The position numbers and the translations under genes were made by a program. From the NCBI GenBank assembly GCA_021613535.1, contig CP075497.1:8308001-8372000 (forward strand): a DNA stretch of 64,000 nt, given 5' to 3'. The DNA comes from Adineta vaga. Lineage: Eukaryota; Animalia; Rotifera. Under the pieces are notes generated by a model, which ran no database searches, had not been told where the DNA came from, and saw only the letters and a list, made by a program, of their open reading frames with translations. Positions 1-12,461 of the stretch are shown piece by piece. The stretch's first letter is position 1; every line of letters starts with the position of its first letter.

Positions 1-28
1 ACTCGATCAGGATACATAAATATACCTA

Positions 29-48
29 ATATATATATATATATATAT
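29..48. repeat. (AT)n microsatellite in a GUF1 intron
   Basis: About 10 AT units. Confidence 0.8.
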
Positions 49-92
49 TCGACGAAAGTGGAATTTTCTAAAGAAAACATCTTTCGAATTAC

Positions 93-1011
93 CTGTTTCT
101 AATACTGTATAATTTTTTCCAGATAATTTGCTAGAAATTTTATCTCCGGCTCGTACAATGCCATCGGTGACTGCAACATTGATAATTGTTGAATTGATAG
201 CTGATGAATATACGGAATCAAATACAAATAATCGTAGAGGACCTGTTCGAGAATAATTTGGTGGTGGAAGTTGTTCAACAATTTGTTCTAATATCATTCC
301 ACAATTAGTTCCATGTTTGGCAGATATTTGAATAATATTTTTAGAAGAAAGTCCAAATTCAGATTCTATCTGACGAATTGTTCGTTCAACTTTTGCTTCT
401 TTTAAATCAATTTTATTGATAACGGCAATAACTTCCATAAATGAATCACAGGCAAGTAGGAAATTTGCTACTGTTTGTGCTTGAATACCTTGAGCAGCAT
501 CGACAAGAAGAATAGCAGATTGACATGCAGATAATGATCGAGCAACTTCTGTGGAAAAATCGACATGTCCAGGTGTATCGATTAGATTCAATAGATACGT
601 TTGATTTTTATGTGGATAAAACATTGAAACAGCAGCTGCTTTGACAGTTATTCCACGTTCTCTTTCAACATCAAGTTTATCAAGAACTTGACGATTTTCT
701 TTAGATTTTGGTATTGCACCTGTTAATTCTAGCAGACGATCAGCAAGTGTTGATTTTCCTAAAAGATATTATTTGAAATCAAATCAGTTCGTTTGAATGA
801 AATATTCAATACCATGATCAACATGAGCAATAATACAAAAATTTCGTACTAATGATGTTTCAAATGCATCCATTTTAATCGAACGAAGTGCTCGTTCGAC
901 AACTAGAGTCGGTTGATTCTCTGCATGTTGAAAACGGTATGGTATATAGATTCGATACAAAGAACGGAACGCTCTCTGACAAACTAATGAAACAAAACTA
1001 CACGATTGCAT
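93..1011 (-). CDS. GUF1: Mitochondrial translation factor GUF1/LepA (EF4), 5' part; gene continues past the left window edge
   Basis: Exons give RNFCIIAHVDHG/KSTLADRLL, ERERGITVKA, LNLIDTPGHVDF and VINKID GTPase motifs. Basic/hydroxylated N-terminal presequence. Donor GT at 92-91. Confidence 0.93.
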
Positions 1012-1088
1012 TTATCAAAACATCTATAAGAAAAAAGATCAATTTCTATTTGAATGCGAATATGAAGGAATAGTTTTCTTTCGTTTAT

Positions 1089-2249
1089 TTATTCTTTTCG
1101 TTTAAGTAGACGATACAATCGTTGAGCTTCATCGAAATTTGAACAACTTGTATGCATATCAATCAAAGTCATTTGTATCGAAAGATTTTTTTCGATTATA
1201 TACGATGGAATCGATCGATGGATGTTTTCAGCTTGATGAGAAACACCTAGTTGTTTGACGGCATTGATGACATGTAAATAGAGACTAACATCCGGTGAAA
1301 TTGATGAAGATTGCAGTTGATTGAATAGAGAAAGGACTTGATCTGGTTGATTTTTTGTTAGGTATGCTTTCATTAATGCTGAGTATGCAACATGATCAAG
1401 CTTCGGAAGATGTTGATCGAACAGTTCCCGAGCACGATCAATTAAATTACATTTACAATACATGTCCATAAGCTGAAACATCGAAATAAATATATTTTAT
1501 CGTTTATTATTGATTCATATTCTTACCGCTGTTACTAATCGAATATTTGATGAATCAAGAAGTTTTAATCGAATCAATTCATCATGAACAGATTTTCCAA
1601 TATCTAATCGATGACAATCACTACATGCACTAAGTATACATGTTGCTGTCACAGCATCAAGTTCAATTATTTTGTTATTACATAAATCATTTTCATATAA
1701 TTCAATAGTTTTTCCTCCTAGTCCATTCATATTATAACCTAGAATATAGTAATGATATTCAGATTTTCATTATTTCTAACTCACCTTGGTCTCACCTTTG
1801 AACATGGTGCCGTAAAGGCTGATCTGTATCAATTGATTCTTCATTCTTTTTAGTCGATAGAAAATTTGTTCAGCTAGATCGATTCGTTTGATTTTTCCGA
1901 ACATGTAAATCAATTTGATTTGCAGTTCATAATATTCATTTTCATCTAATCTTTGATCTTTTTCAATAGATTCTTGTATTTTTTGACAGAAATTGAAATT
2001 GTTTATTTCACCACCCGCACGAATAATGTGTAAATAGCACGAAAAATCCGGTTTTACATGTATTATATTGACCATCCATTCAAATAAAGCTAATGTACGT
2101 ATCGATTCATTAGAATTATTATAATTTTTCATCAATTTTTGAATTTCAGATAATTCATGTTGAGTTGTTGATGAATTTACATTTGCTTTGGACAATGATA
2201 GATAACGAAATGATGAACGAATGAATGAAAAACGACGAACAAATTGCAT
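1089..2249 (-). CDS. PLS-class pentatricopeptide repeat protein with mitochondrial-type presequence; 3 exons; no E/DYW domain
   Basis: MQFVRRFSFIRSSFRYLS leader. Repeats include DAVTATCILSACS...GKSVHDELIR (L-like), LMDMYCKCNLIDRARELFDQ (S-like) and DHVAYSALMKAY...SSISPD (P-like). Confidence 0.85.
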
Positions 2250-2588
2250 GATATCAAACGAACGAATTGCAGATTATCAGAAATGAATGAGTCATAATGC
2301 AATGCTGATTGGTTATTGATTGACATTCGTTTGAAACCAAAGACTCGACTGTTATATTGTTCAATTTTTTCTTAATAATATAATTAAAAAATTCATTTTT
2401 AGTTTTGTTTAGAAAAATCTCTTTTTCTTTATATTTATCACTCAGGAAATGTATTTTGTTCAGTGTCTCCTATCCTTTTGTTTGAAAGCGCCAATAATGC
2501 TTGTCCCTCGTTTATAATAATCATTCTTTAGTAGTAATAGAGTAGTAGCCAGCTGACATATTCAAAAGATCTTGTTGAATTGAATATT

Positions 2589-4347
2589 ATGAACGTTTGT
2601 ACACCTAATATTTCATGGCATGGATGCGATCCAGTCTATTCATGCGCAATCAATCCAATCGATGCAAAACGTTTAGCTACAGCTGGCATGCGAGGTATTC
2701 TTCGTTGATCAATGAATATTCACCTATTGATATCTATTCTATATTTAAGGTTCAATCTATCTTTGGGATATTGAATGTGCAATAGCTCAACAACCAACGA
2801 TTACATTTGTATCTTCACTTGTCGGTGCACATTTAGAATCTGTTAATTGTATTCGATGGAATTCTAAAGGAACACATTTAGCGAGTGGTAGTGATGATAG
2901 TACTATTTTTATTTGGACCAAAGCTCCAGTAACAACAGCCACAATGAATACTACAGAATCAAATGTAATTGTATTATCTAAAACAAATCAAACAACAACT
3001 ACAGCAACAACAACTGCTACGACAAGTGACAGTGATAATCTACTTGGTTGGGATAAAGATGTGCCTGAATCAAAAGAACGATGGCTTAAAAGTTTACCAT
3101 ATAAAAGTCATTTAGAACCTGTATTAGATTTAGCTTGGTCAAGAGATGATCAATTACTTGTTAGTGGTTCAGTTGATAAAAAAGTTATCGTCGTAAGTTC
3201 AACCTTTTCGTTTCTTACAATGATTAGTTCAAAGAAAAATCCATTTTTAATTTAGTGGAATGTGAATAAACGTGAAAAAATCTCTATTCTTGATGATCCC
3301 AAAGGTTTTGTTCAAGGTGTAGCGATTCATCCATGGCGTAAACATATTGCTGCAATGAGTACAGATCGTTCATTACGTATTTATGCAATGAAAGCTGAAA
3401 CAGGTGCAATTTCTCGATGTGTATATAATATTCGTAAAATAAAACCAGCAAATATGAAACAAGAAAATGGTGCATTAATGTTTATTGATGAAACTTCGAT
3501 GACATTTTTTCGACGTTGTGCTTATTTACCTGATGCTAGTCAATTAATTGTTTCAGGTGGATGTCTAGATAAAGCTTTCTTGGATGCATATAATAATGAA
3601 GAAAATGTTGAACAAAAAGAAGAAGTAAATAATCAACCGAATGATTTTGATGAATCAGATATTCAAATAATTGAAGAAAATGGAAATACGGAAGAGAAAA
3701 CTAGTACAGCAGCACCTTGTAAGAATTATTTATTGAATTGAATATATTTATATTTATATTTCTTATCTGATTACTTTCTTTTTGTTATAGTACCTGCAAA
3801 ATTAATCGATATCAATTGTGCTTATACGTTTGCAACATCTGGTCCAAAATTTGATCGACCTTTATCAATTTTACCCATTATAAATGATCAAGAGGTCATT
3901 GCTATTTCAGTTTGTCCTTCACTATTTCCATCGACATCATCTGCTGCACCATATCGAATGCTTTTTGCCTTGATTACAAAGACATCTCTATTTTTTTATG
4001 ATCAATTATCATCAGAACCATTTGCTTATGCACGTCGTATTCATCTCTTATCACTTACGGATGGTTGTTGGTCACATGATGGTCGTCTTTTTGTGGCATC
4101 ATCTGAAGATGGTTATGTAACATTTGTTACTTTTACAGATCAATGTCTTGGTGGACCTTGTTTATCTAATTCAGATAAAATCTTAGATGAGATGATGATC
4201 AATGCACTAACACCACCAACGCCAGCAGCAGCAGCACCAACAACAACAACAACAACGGCGACAGTTTCATCAGTAACTCCATCCTCCTCATCATCATTAA
4301 CAACACCAAATTTACTAACAATGGCAATTCAACAAAAGAAAAAATAA
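2589..4347 (+). CDS. CHAF1B: Chromatin assembly factor 1 subunit B (p60/Cac2), WD40; multi-exon
   Basis: MNVCTPNISWHGCDPVYS start, VNCIRWN...LASGSDD, KGFVQGVAIHP, MFIDETSMTFFRR, HLLSLTDGCWSHDG...SSEDGYVTFVTF. Confidence 0.88.
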
Positions 4348-4994
4348 TATAATCAGAATAGTTTTTTTTTGTTCTCTCTTCTCTCTCATCTAAACATTGT
4401 GATCATGATTATTATTATTATTAGTTCTAATAAAAACACTGTCTGTATATATCTATATATATAAACTTGATATGATAAAATATCCTAGAAAGCACAATAT
4501 CATCACTATATCTATTATAGACTAATGATAACACTAAAATAGTTATGTTTTTTTTATATCTCGAATAGATTTAGTTGTATCGAGTTAGAAAATAAGAGAA
4601 AAAAGAAGAGAATGAATACACATAAGAACAATGTATACATAACTATTTTTCTTCGTTGTCTCTTTGTTTCTCTCTTTGTCGTTTGTGTACGGTTAGTGTC
4701 TATGTATATGATACTTGGTTCGAGCACATACAACAAAATCCGTCGCCCACTTTCTCTCCTTCTATCTCTTGTTCTTCGTTTTTCTTTCTTTTCTTTTACA
4801 ACTGATGATTTTTTGATTATGATGAACCGACACTAAGCAAGCAAGCTACGTGCTTACTCTGCTGTTCAAACATATGTGCGTTGGTGTTTACCCTGCTCAT
4901 AGCTCGCTTCATCTTGGAGGTCATTCAGCCCACTCTCATTTATATGTAGTCATTTTCTTGTCTTTTTGAGATTAACGATAAAATAACGTCGAAT

Positions 4995-5708
4995 ATGAAT
5001 TTTATTAAACGTCCTTTCCATCATACGAATTCAACAACATCGACAACAACATCATCTAGCATACGAGATTCACATACGATACCATCGTCTACAACTTCAT
5101 CTTCATCAACAGATAAACCGAGTGGATCATTAACTGGTTCTGTACGTTTTAATGATCTAATATCAGCTCAACCAAAATTTAATGAACGTGAGAAATATTT
5201 AACTGCGTAAGTATTTCAAAACGGAAGAACAATTTCCTTGCACGAACTATCTTCATATTAGAAAATATCCTCAACAACAAATGCAACTGATACGTAAACG
5301 ATTGAAAGTGGAATTTTGGGTAGATGATCAATTACGATTATTATATGAAATTAAAGTAAGTTTTTCGTTTCTTTTTCTCCTAATTCAACAATAAATATCC
5401 TTGTTTTCTTCTTAGGATGATGATTCACAAGATGATCATGATCATTGTCCCGGAGATTTGATTGATTCATTATTAGATATGGATGATGAACCGGAACGAC
5501 GTACATTTCTTCTCGTAAGTCTTATCTTGTCTTCTGTTCATCAATCATTATCTATTACATATTTCTATAGGATAAGTTAAGAAATACCAAACAATCTCGT
5601 TCTAAAACAATGGTAAATATTCTAATATCAATCATTGATCATCTCATCGATTCTTATCTATTCTAGGAATTTATTGATGAATTATTACATCGTGTGAAAA
5701 TGTTGTAA
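4995..5708 (+). CDS. PPP1R14: PP1 inhibitor, CPI-17/PHI (PPP1R14) family; 5 short exons
   Basis: Spliced product reads YLTAKY..QLIRKRLKVEFWVDDQLRLLY...IDSLLDMDDEPERR...EFIDELLHRVKML*, which parallels CPI-17 RVTVKY..LQRRLDVEKWID...IDELL...DFIQELL. Confidence 0.8.
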
Positions 5709-5845
5709 TTATATAAGATTTCTTTTTTGCTTTTCCTTTTGTTGTTCAATTAATTTCCTTTTTTTTAAAGCCACAAAAAATATAATATCGAAAAAGAGAG
5801 AATATATATGACAGAACTTTTAAAAACAACCTTTTCTTTTCTAAG

Positions 5846-7167
5846 CTAATGATGTCCTTTAAGCCGTTTTGTAGAATTATAGTAATGAGTTTCGGAATCA
5901 GATAGAATTTCTCCATCCTCAGATTCAGATGAACTAGATTGAGAATGAAGTTCGTCAAGAAGGTAGCGATGAATTTTCTTATATGATTTCATTTGATTTC
6001 GAAGAAATTCATCAATTTGAGAAGTCATTTCATCGAAATCTTGTCGAATAATTAGTTCATATTCGTGTTCATAATCTTTCAATTGCTGTTGACTAAAACA
6101 CAAAAAAAAAAGAAATACGAACATGTCACACTAACTAAATCATATTTTCCAATATATATGTTATCGAATTTCAGGGTAAAATAAACACTTGAATAGCTAT
6201 AGTTTTCTTCGTTCGATTTGTCTCCTTTCATTGAGCTGTCAGTTCTAACACATGTAGCAATGCACAAGGATGTCTCAAAAGTAACGTTTATCAAAAGAAT
6301 CGAATACATGTTTATGTTAATTCGATTGGCTCATTTGTTATTAAACAATTGATATAATATTTAAATAAATGTAGAAAATTTCTTCTCTCTCTCTGTTTCT
6401 GTATAGATTCAATTCACATACCTGCATGCATAGGATGATTCATTACTACTTGATGAATTTATTGACTGTCTTTGTTGTAAGAGAGGAGTCGATGTTCGAA
6501 GTTCTTCTTCAATAATACTATTATGTCGATGAACTAATAGAGAAGAATATTGTGCAGTATCTACATCGGAGCTTCTCATTTGAGATTGAGAAGATTTTGA
6601 TTTTCTTTCATCACTTGATATCTGTTCCATTTTAATTTCGACTTGAGATGGTCTCAATGCTTGTTTAACAATTAACGGTATTCTATTAGCGAAATGTTTT
6701 CGATTATTTGCAAATACGGATGGAATTGAATTAATAGATTCAAATTCAATATAAACATATTCAACACCATGTCCAGATGATACACAAATACAATTTAGGA
6801 TTCGTCCATATTTTGTAAAGACTTTTTTTATGATATTTCGATCAAGTTTTGAATCTTTATGAGCAATACAAATTTTTCGGTCGGTTATCAAACGTGTTTG
6901 ATCAGAAAATGCTGCTTGATAAGGATGAATATCCAAACGGATTCGACAGATCATATGATCGATCTTATTTGTAAGAAAAGCACTCATATCTGTATCAGAT
7001 GAAAATCTTATAAAACGATAATCAACTAACCATTCATCAGTAGTATGTGTACAATTATGATAGAATGCTTCAATATGTCCAAAACGTTGGAAATATTCTC
7101 GTAATTGTTCATCTTTAATTGATTGAATATTACCAACATAAATTGTATTCGGAGATGAGGAATGCAT
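5846..7167 (-). CDS. Divergent two-RRM RNA-binding protein with C-terminal coiled-coil (paralog B); 3' exon structure uncertain
   Basis: NTIYVGNI..LREYFQRFGHI and KKVFTKYGRI...YVYIEFES RRMs. Last exon YEHEYELIIRQDFDEMTSQIDEF matches the paralog A tail. Confidence 0.7.
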
Positions 7168-7238
7168 ATTTCTATCTGAAAACAAGATTATATACAAATT
7201 TCATAATAACAAGAAGAAGAAAAAAGAAATATGTTTAT

Positions 7239-8015
7239 TTATTGAATCATTTTTCTAATTTGTTCGTAATTCTGACGTTTTTCTTTAACAAAATCTGAGA
7301 TTTGATTTTCAATTGACTCGAATTCTTGACGAATTTTTAAATTATATTCACGTTCTAAATGAATTAATAAACTTCCATCATCATTCATTTCAACTCTAAA
7401 ATATACACAAAAATTGGAGACATCATTGCAAACAAATAATTCATACTCTTGTTTTTCGATTTTACATAGATCAACATCTGTCGGTCTTAGAAAAGGTAAA
7501 ATATTCAAAGTTTGATCTCGTATTCGATGACGACGAATTTTGCCTTTTAATAATTTATTTCTTGTTATTGCAGAATCAAATTCAATATAAACATTTTTTT
7601 GTTCATTTACATCTGTTTCTGAAATTGTTTGTTTGATTGTACCAAATGTACGTAAATATTTTTTTATCTCATTTAAGGATATATTATTTGGAAGATTTGA
7701 AAGACATATTTTTCGATCAACATGTAAAGGAACAGCAGGATGAAGAACTTCATCGAATGGTCGAACATCAAGAATGATTCCATTATTGAGCATATGTGAA
7801 GATATGGAAAGAAATTTCGAATAAGATTCTACATTTAAAAAACGAACAAATGTAAAATCAACAAGATGAGCTTGTTCGGAAGAAGATAATAAACGACGTG
7901 AACAATCAAGAATAAGACCAAGTTTTGAGCAATATTCACGTAAATAATCATTTGAAATCGAACGTGTATTACCTAAATATACAGTTGTTGATTCTGATTT
8001 ATGATTCGAATTCAT
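7239..8015 (-). CDS. Divergent two-RRM RNA-binding protein (paralog A); probable 51-nt stop-free intron near 7398-7448
   Basis: TTVYLGNT..LREYCSKLG, DRKICLSNLP..IKKYLRTFGTI...VYIEFDS; tail EREYNLKIRQEFESIENQISDF. Confidence 0.75.
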   Translation of the reverse strand: MNSNHKSESTTVYLGNTRSISNDYLREYCSKLGLILDCSRRLLSSSEQAHLVDFTFVRFLNVESYSKFLSISSHMLNNGIILDVRPFDEVLHPAVPLHVDRKICLSNLPNNISLNEIKKYLRTFGTIKQTISETDVNEQKNVYIEFDSAITRNKLLKGKIRRHRIRDQTLNILPFLRPTDVDLCKIEKQEYELFVCNDVSNFCVYFRVEMNDDGSLLIHLEREYNLKIRQEFESIENQISDFVKEKRQNYEQIRKMIQ

Positions 8016-8355
8016 CCTTTCTATTTTTAATCAATGAGATGTTTATATAAGAAAAGAAAAAAACATTGGAAATTATTTGAGCAACTGATTGTCAAGGTGT
8101 TTTTGTATGGATGGACATTATAAGGATGATATTACTTATGAATACAACAGATGTCTCTCATAAACAACGTTTATAATCTAGAATATTCTTATGATTTGGT
8201 GAATATATACAAATTATTGCAGTCGAAATTTTGAAGAGTTCTAAAAGAAAGAAAAATATAAGTTTATTGAATTAGTTAATTCGATTCAAAGTTGAAATGA
8301 ATCAACAATATCTTTTCTTTTCATATTATTCTGTAAGAAAACTAAAAATAATCAT

Positions 8356-9531
8356 TTAAAAACGTGTAGAAACAATTTTTGTTTCTGGATCATCTCTATC
8401 ATTCATATATCGATAACGAGATTCTAATAACATTTTGAATTTTCCATTAGCATAAGATTTCCAATCAAATATCCAATGATGAGCAATCGAAAAGAAGAAC
8501 ATTTCTACACAAACGAGAACATTTTCTAATAGAATTTTTTCTTCTTCAACTGTAAATCCTGTTGTTGATCCATTACAATAATTATTCGTTGTTGGATCAC
8601 ATGTTGTATTTCTTAAGATATGAATCGCTGCTAAACCACTCATTAAAACAGATTGCCAAAAAATAAAAAATACAATGAGTTTAATCACTATAAATTTTGG
8701 TAACGGTTTAAAAGGTTTTAATTGATCTTTCGTATTGCTATAAAAAGTTACTAAACTATACAAAGCTATCGTTTGACTAATATTAATAATAATTATAATA
8801 TAAGGATAACCTCGATTAAATTTCCATTGTCCATTTGCATAAACACCAGCTAGATTAAGAACAACAGCAACACCTGAACATATCGGAGTAATCCATGAAT
8901 ATTGTAATAGACCAATTTTAAAAACCCAAACCCATTTAACACTTGGACGCAATTTTATACAACAACATGGTAAAGGTAATTCAATTCGTTCTCGACTTAG
9001 AATAACTTCTTCAACACCACGATGACCACCAAGATATTTTGTTAATAATAATAGAAAACAATAGATAATATAAGCTTCATAACAAGCTTTAATAAATTCC
9101 ATATAAATAGCTGATTGAAAGAATAAAATTGATAACCATGATGTGATTGAATAAATAGGTATCACAGCTAGAATTCGCATGATTCGCTTTTGAGATGGAT
9201 GATGTGTTTTATGAAAAAAATGTTGAATTATTTGATAGAAAGACATCAATGTTGCGACAATAGCAAAAATACCACCAATAATAGCAATAAGACCTTGTTC
9301 ATGAACAGGATCTTTGTACTTTTGCCATTCAACAGGACTATTCACTACCCATATAATAATAAGAGAAATAGCAGAAGCAAGAATAGCGAATATACCCCAT
9401 AGAACTTCATTCTTAAAAAGTGCTAAAAATCTTTCTAAACATGAAAGTGATCGTTGTGGAGATATTTCCGGGTTGTTTTCAAAAGATAACTGTTGTTGGT
9501 GATAATATGATTGTGCGTACTGACCCAACAT
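8356..9531 (-). CDS. TMEM184: TMEM184/organic solute transporter alpha family membrane protein, intronless, 391 aa
   Basis: QKRIMRILAVIPIYSITSWLS, CYEAYIIYCFLLLLTKYLGG, KPLPKFIVIKLIVFFIFWQS, LVCVEMFFFSIAHHWIF. Confidence 0.9.
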   Translation of the reverse strand: MLGQYAQSYYHQQQLSFENNPEISPQRSLSCLERFLALFKNEVLWGIFAILASAISLIIIWVVNSPVEWQKYKDPVHEQGLIAIIGGIFAIVATLMSFYQIIQHFFHKTHHPSQKRIMRILAVIPIYSITSWLSILFFQSAIYMEFIKACYEAYIIYCFLLLLTKYLGGHRGVEEVILSRERIELPLPCCCIKLRPSVKWVWVFKIGLLQYSWITPICSGVAVVLNLAGVYANGQWKFNRGYPYIIIIINISQTIALYSLVTFYSNTKDQLKPFKPLPKFIVIKLIVFFIFWQSVLMSGLAAIHILRNTTCDPTTNNYCNGSTTGFTVEEEKILLENVLVCVEMFFFSIAHHWIFDWKSYANGKFKMLLESRYRYMNDRDDPETKIVSTRF

Positions 9532-11571
9532 TTTCAGAAAAGCGTATCATACGAAGAAAAGTAAGAGGTAAAAACAATGAATCGGTTAACCGTGTCCAAT
9601 ACCCCACCACTTCCTATCATCAATCATTATGTCAAATGTATGACTAATACAAACAAAAATTACCTGTTTATTGTAGAGAAAAAGTCTGACGTGAACACGA
9701 AGGTTTCATTATCAATTATTTGTTCGTTCTTCGTATGCCATTGACTGTTACCGCCAATGCTACTTCATCTTACCTCTTACTTCTCTTACTCATCGATGTA
9801 CTTTTTTTTTTATGACAAAAATAATGTGAGAGAAAACGGTTGGTTATTTTATGTAGTAAGTAAGAAAGAACGAAAGAAAAAGAAATGTCATCGACAAAAA
9901 TAAAATATAATAATTCTTCTGGTTAGATGTTGTTATTGAAAAATGCTTTTTCACTAAGTAACGTCAGCACAACCTTGAAATCGTTACCTGTAGTATTGAA
10001 TAAATAATTTCAGTTTCACAATCATGATATGTTCTGATAATTACCTTTCTAATGAAGTTTTTACATGACTATTGTAACGTTCGATTAAATATTCAAAAAA
10101 ACGACATGATACCGCCCTTCCACAAAATTTCTTGCAAGAAAACTGTATATTTATTGAATATGGATTAGTTTTTCCTTTCATGTTGTGATGATGCAAAATG
10201 TACTAAATTCAAACAAACGCTCCAAGTAACACTTGAGTTATGTATATACGTATAAAAATTATAACGTACAATATTGATAGACGATCAACAAAATATTACA
10301 ATCCTTGAATGAATAATTTGAAATAAGATCAGCATATTTCCAATTAAACAATGAATGATTCACAGTGTAATTAACCTCACTGGTAATTATTTGATTAGAT
10401 CAAGCGCCATGCTTTTCTTTCAATCAAACTAATCGTGTTCAATCTATTTTATTCATTCGAAAGAATGTCTTCTATATTTCATGGTAATAATCAGTCATAT
10501 GTGAAGATGTCAAAGTTAGATCAATTGTAAGTTGTGAAACACAATCGAAAATATCAAGTAGACATATACAAAAGAAAATTAATGAATTAATAACTAAATT
10601 AAGTAAAATATTATTCTGTTGAAAGTAGTCCTTCAAATCTTTCTTTCAGATTCAACTCATTCACCAATTGATGAATATTTGCGCCGTAGAAATCATCAAA
10701 TATTTGAAGCAAATATCATACCAAGAACAACTACTTATTCTGTTCCATTAATTAGAATGTTTTTAAAGAAGCACAAGCTCAAGCACATTTGAAAATTGAA
10801 AAAATGACTGATAAAGTTACTCAAGCTATTCATATTGATTTGAAAAGGAATAAAATATAATTTATTATTCTAACTTGGTGCTGAAGATGTAAATGGACAT
10901 TTGACAAGAACAAGAACAACAGTTATTATAACTAAAGCACATAGAGAAGATCGCATAACAGCCGATTCAAAATTAAATTGAAACATTCGGTTTTTAACGA
11001 AACAAGAATGTGATTAACGTTAGAGTATCATTAATGATACCAAAGATAATAAATGGAATATTACAATGAAAATTGCTTGACGAGAAGATTGATAGTGCCT
11101 GACAGATGTTTCTTTTCACAAAAGATTGAAATCTACTTTCGACGGAATTTGAATCGTGATGACATCTTAGTTTATTAATTTTAGAACAAGATATATATTT
11201 TTATACAATCATAGTCGACATAAAAATATTTTGACATAGTTTTAATATTTTAAATCCCATATGATAAGAGAACAGAATCGATCTATAACCTTCAGTGGAG
11301 AAACAAATTAAAGATATCTATTTTTTCTTCCCTCGATATTATGTGTCGAAAGCCAACATATTTCAAGCGGAATAAATCAGAGAAAAAATAACCTTGAAAT
11401 ATTCTCAATTTCGAATAATATATAGTTGTATGTGAAAATGAAACATATGTATTTATTTTCTTCATTCGAAGTTTCCTTTTAAATTCTGTTTCATCATCTT
11501 AGTCAATATTTAGATGTATACAGGTGTATAGAATCTCATACGTAAGTAGGCGTTTCAGGAAAAAAAAGGAG

Positions 11572-11578
11572 TATAAAA
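11572..11578 (+). promoter_or_regulatory. TATA box of secreted-precursor copy 1
   Basis: TATAAAA 88 bp upstream of the ATG; copies 2 and 3 have TATATAA 84 bp upstream. Confidence 0.55.
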
Positions 11579-11659
11579 AGAGCAAAATTTTCTATGATTC
11601 TTCACTGATTATCATTAATCTTCGTATCCTCACTTAACAAACACACAAACCATAAAAAA

Positions 11660-12461
11660 ATGAAAGCTGCTCTTGCTATCATCTTCTTCGCCTGTATTGC
11701 TGGCTCAATGGCTGATGCCCGTCTCGAAATTGTTAACCAACTCCTTGCTCAAGGTCAAGGTATTGCTCAAACAATCTTCGCTCAACTCCAACAAACCATC
11801 CTTGCTACAATCCAAAGCGCTGTTAGCCAAATCTCAGCTGTCATTGGTGGACGATTCGACTTCTTAACTGACATCTTCAACAACTTCAAACCCATCCTTG
11901 AACAACTCGCTGGTCAAGCTCTCAGTCAAGTTCTCGGAAGCCTCTCAGGCATTCTCGGTATGTCATTATTTCTTTTCGTTTCCTTCACAATGACATTTCA
12001 TCTGTGATGTATGTAGGTGGTGCTCGTATCGATCTTGGTGCTATCTTCAACGACTTCTGGGCTGGAATCTCCACCCAAGTCACTGGACTCGGTCAACACT
12101 TCCTCAACCAAGGTTTAGCTGCTGTTCTCGGTGGACTCGGTAACCTCGGATCACGTGGTATTGGTGACATCTTTAGCTGTAAGTTGATCGATGTTGTTGT
12201 GAAGAGAAGTGATCTTGATTGTAAATATTTGTGTATTTTGTAGCAATCTCAGCAAGCATTGCCACCGCTGTTGCTGGTGCTCAATCCGCTCTCTCTGGTG
12301 CTCTTGGTGGATTACAAACCCTCGGTAGCCAACTCCTCGATGCTTCCAAACCACACTGGGAACAACTCCAAGAACAACTTGTTGGTCATGGCCTCAACGT
12401 TCTCGGATCACTCTCCGAAACCATCAACAACGTTCATGGATCAATCGTCGGTGGTAATTAA
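11660..12461 (+). CDS. Secreted amphipathic-helix repeat precursor, copy 1 (225 aa; exons 11660-11957, 12017-12178, 12244-12461)
   Basis: Signal peptide MKAALAIIFFACIAGSMA. Two phase-1 GT-AG introns join three ORF-track segments into one frame. Strong C-ending codon bias. Confidence 0.88.

Noticed and set aside
784-2249. PPR-GUF1 fusion protein
   Set aside because: The PPR exon ends in TAA with AATAAA, and every frame after the acceptor at 1024 meets a stop before joining the GUF1 frame.
10465-10800. Coding-like stretch with splice-like sites
   Set aside because: Could not be joined into an open spliced frame; no homology recognised.
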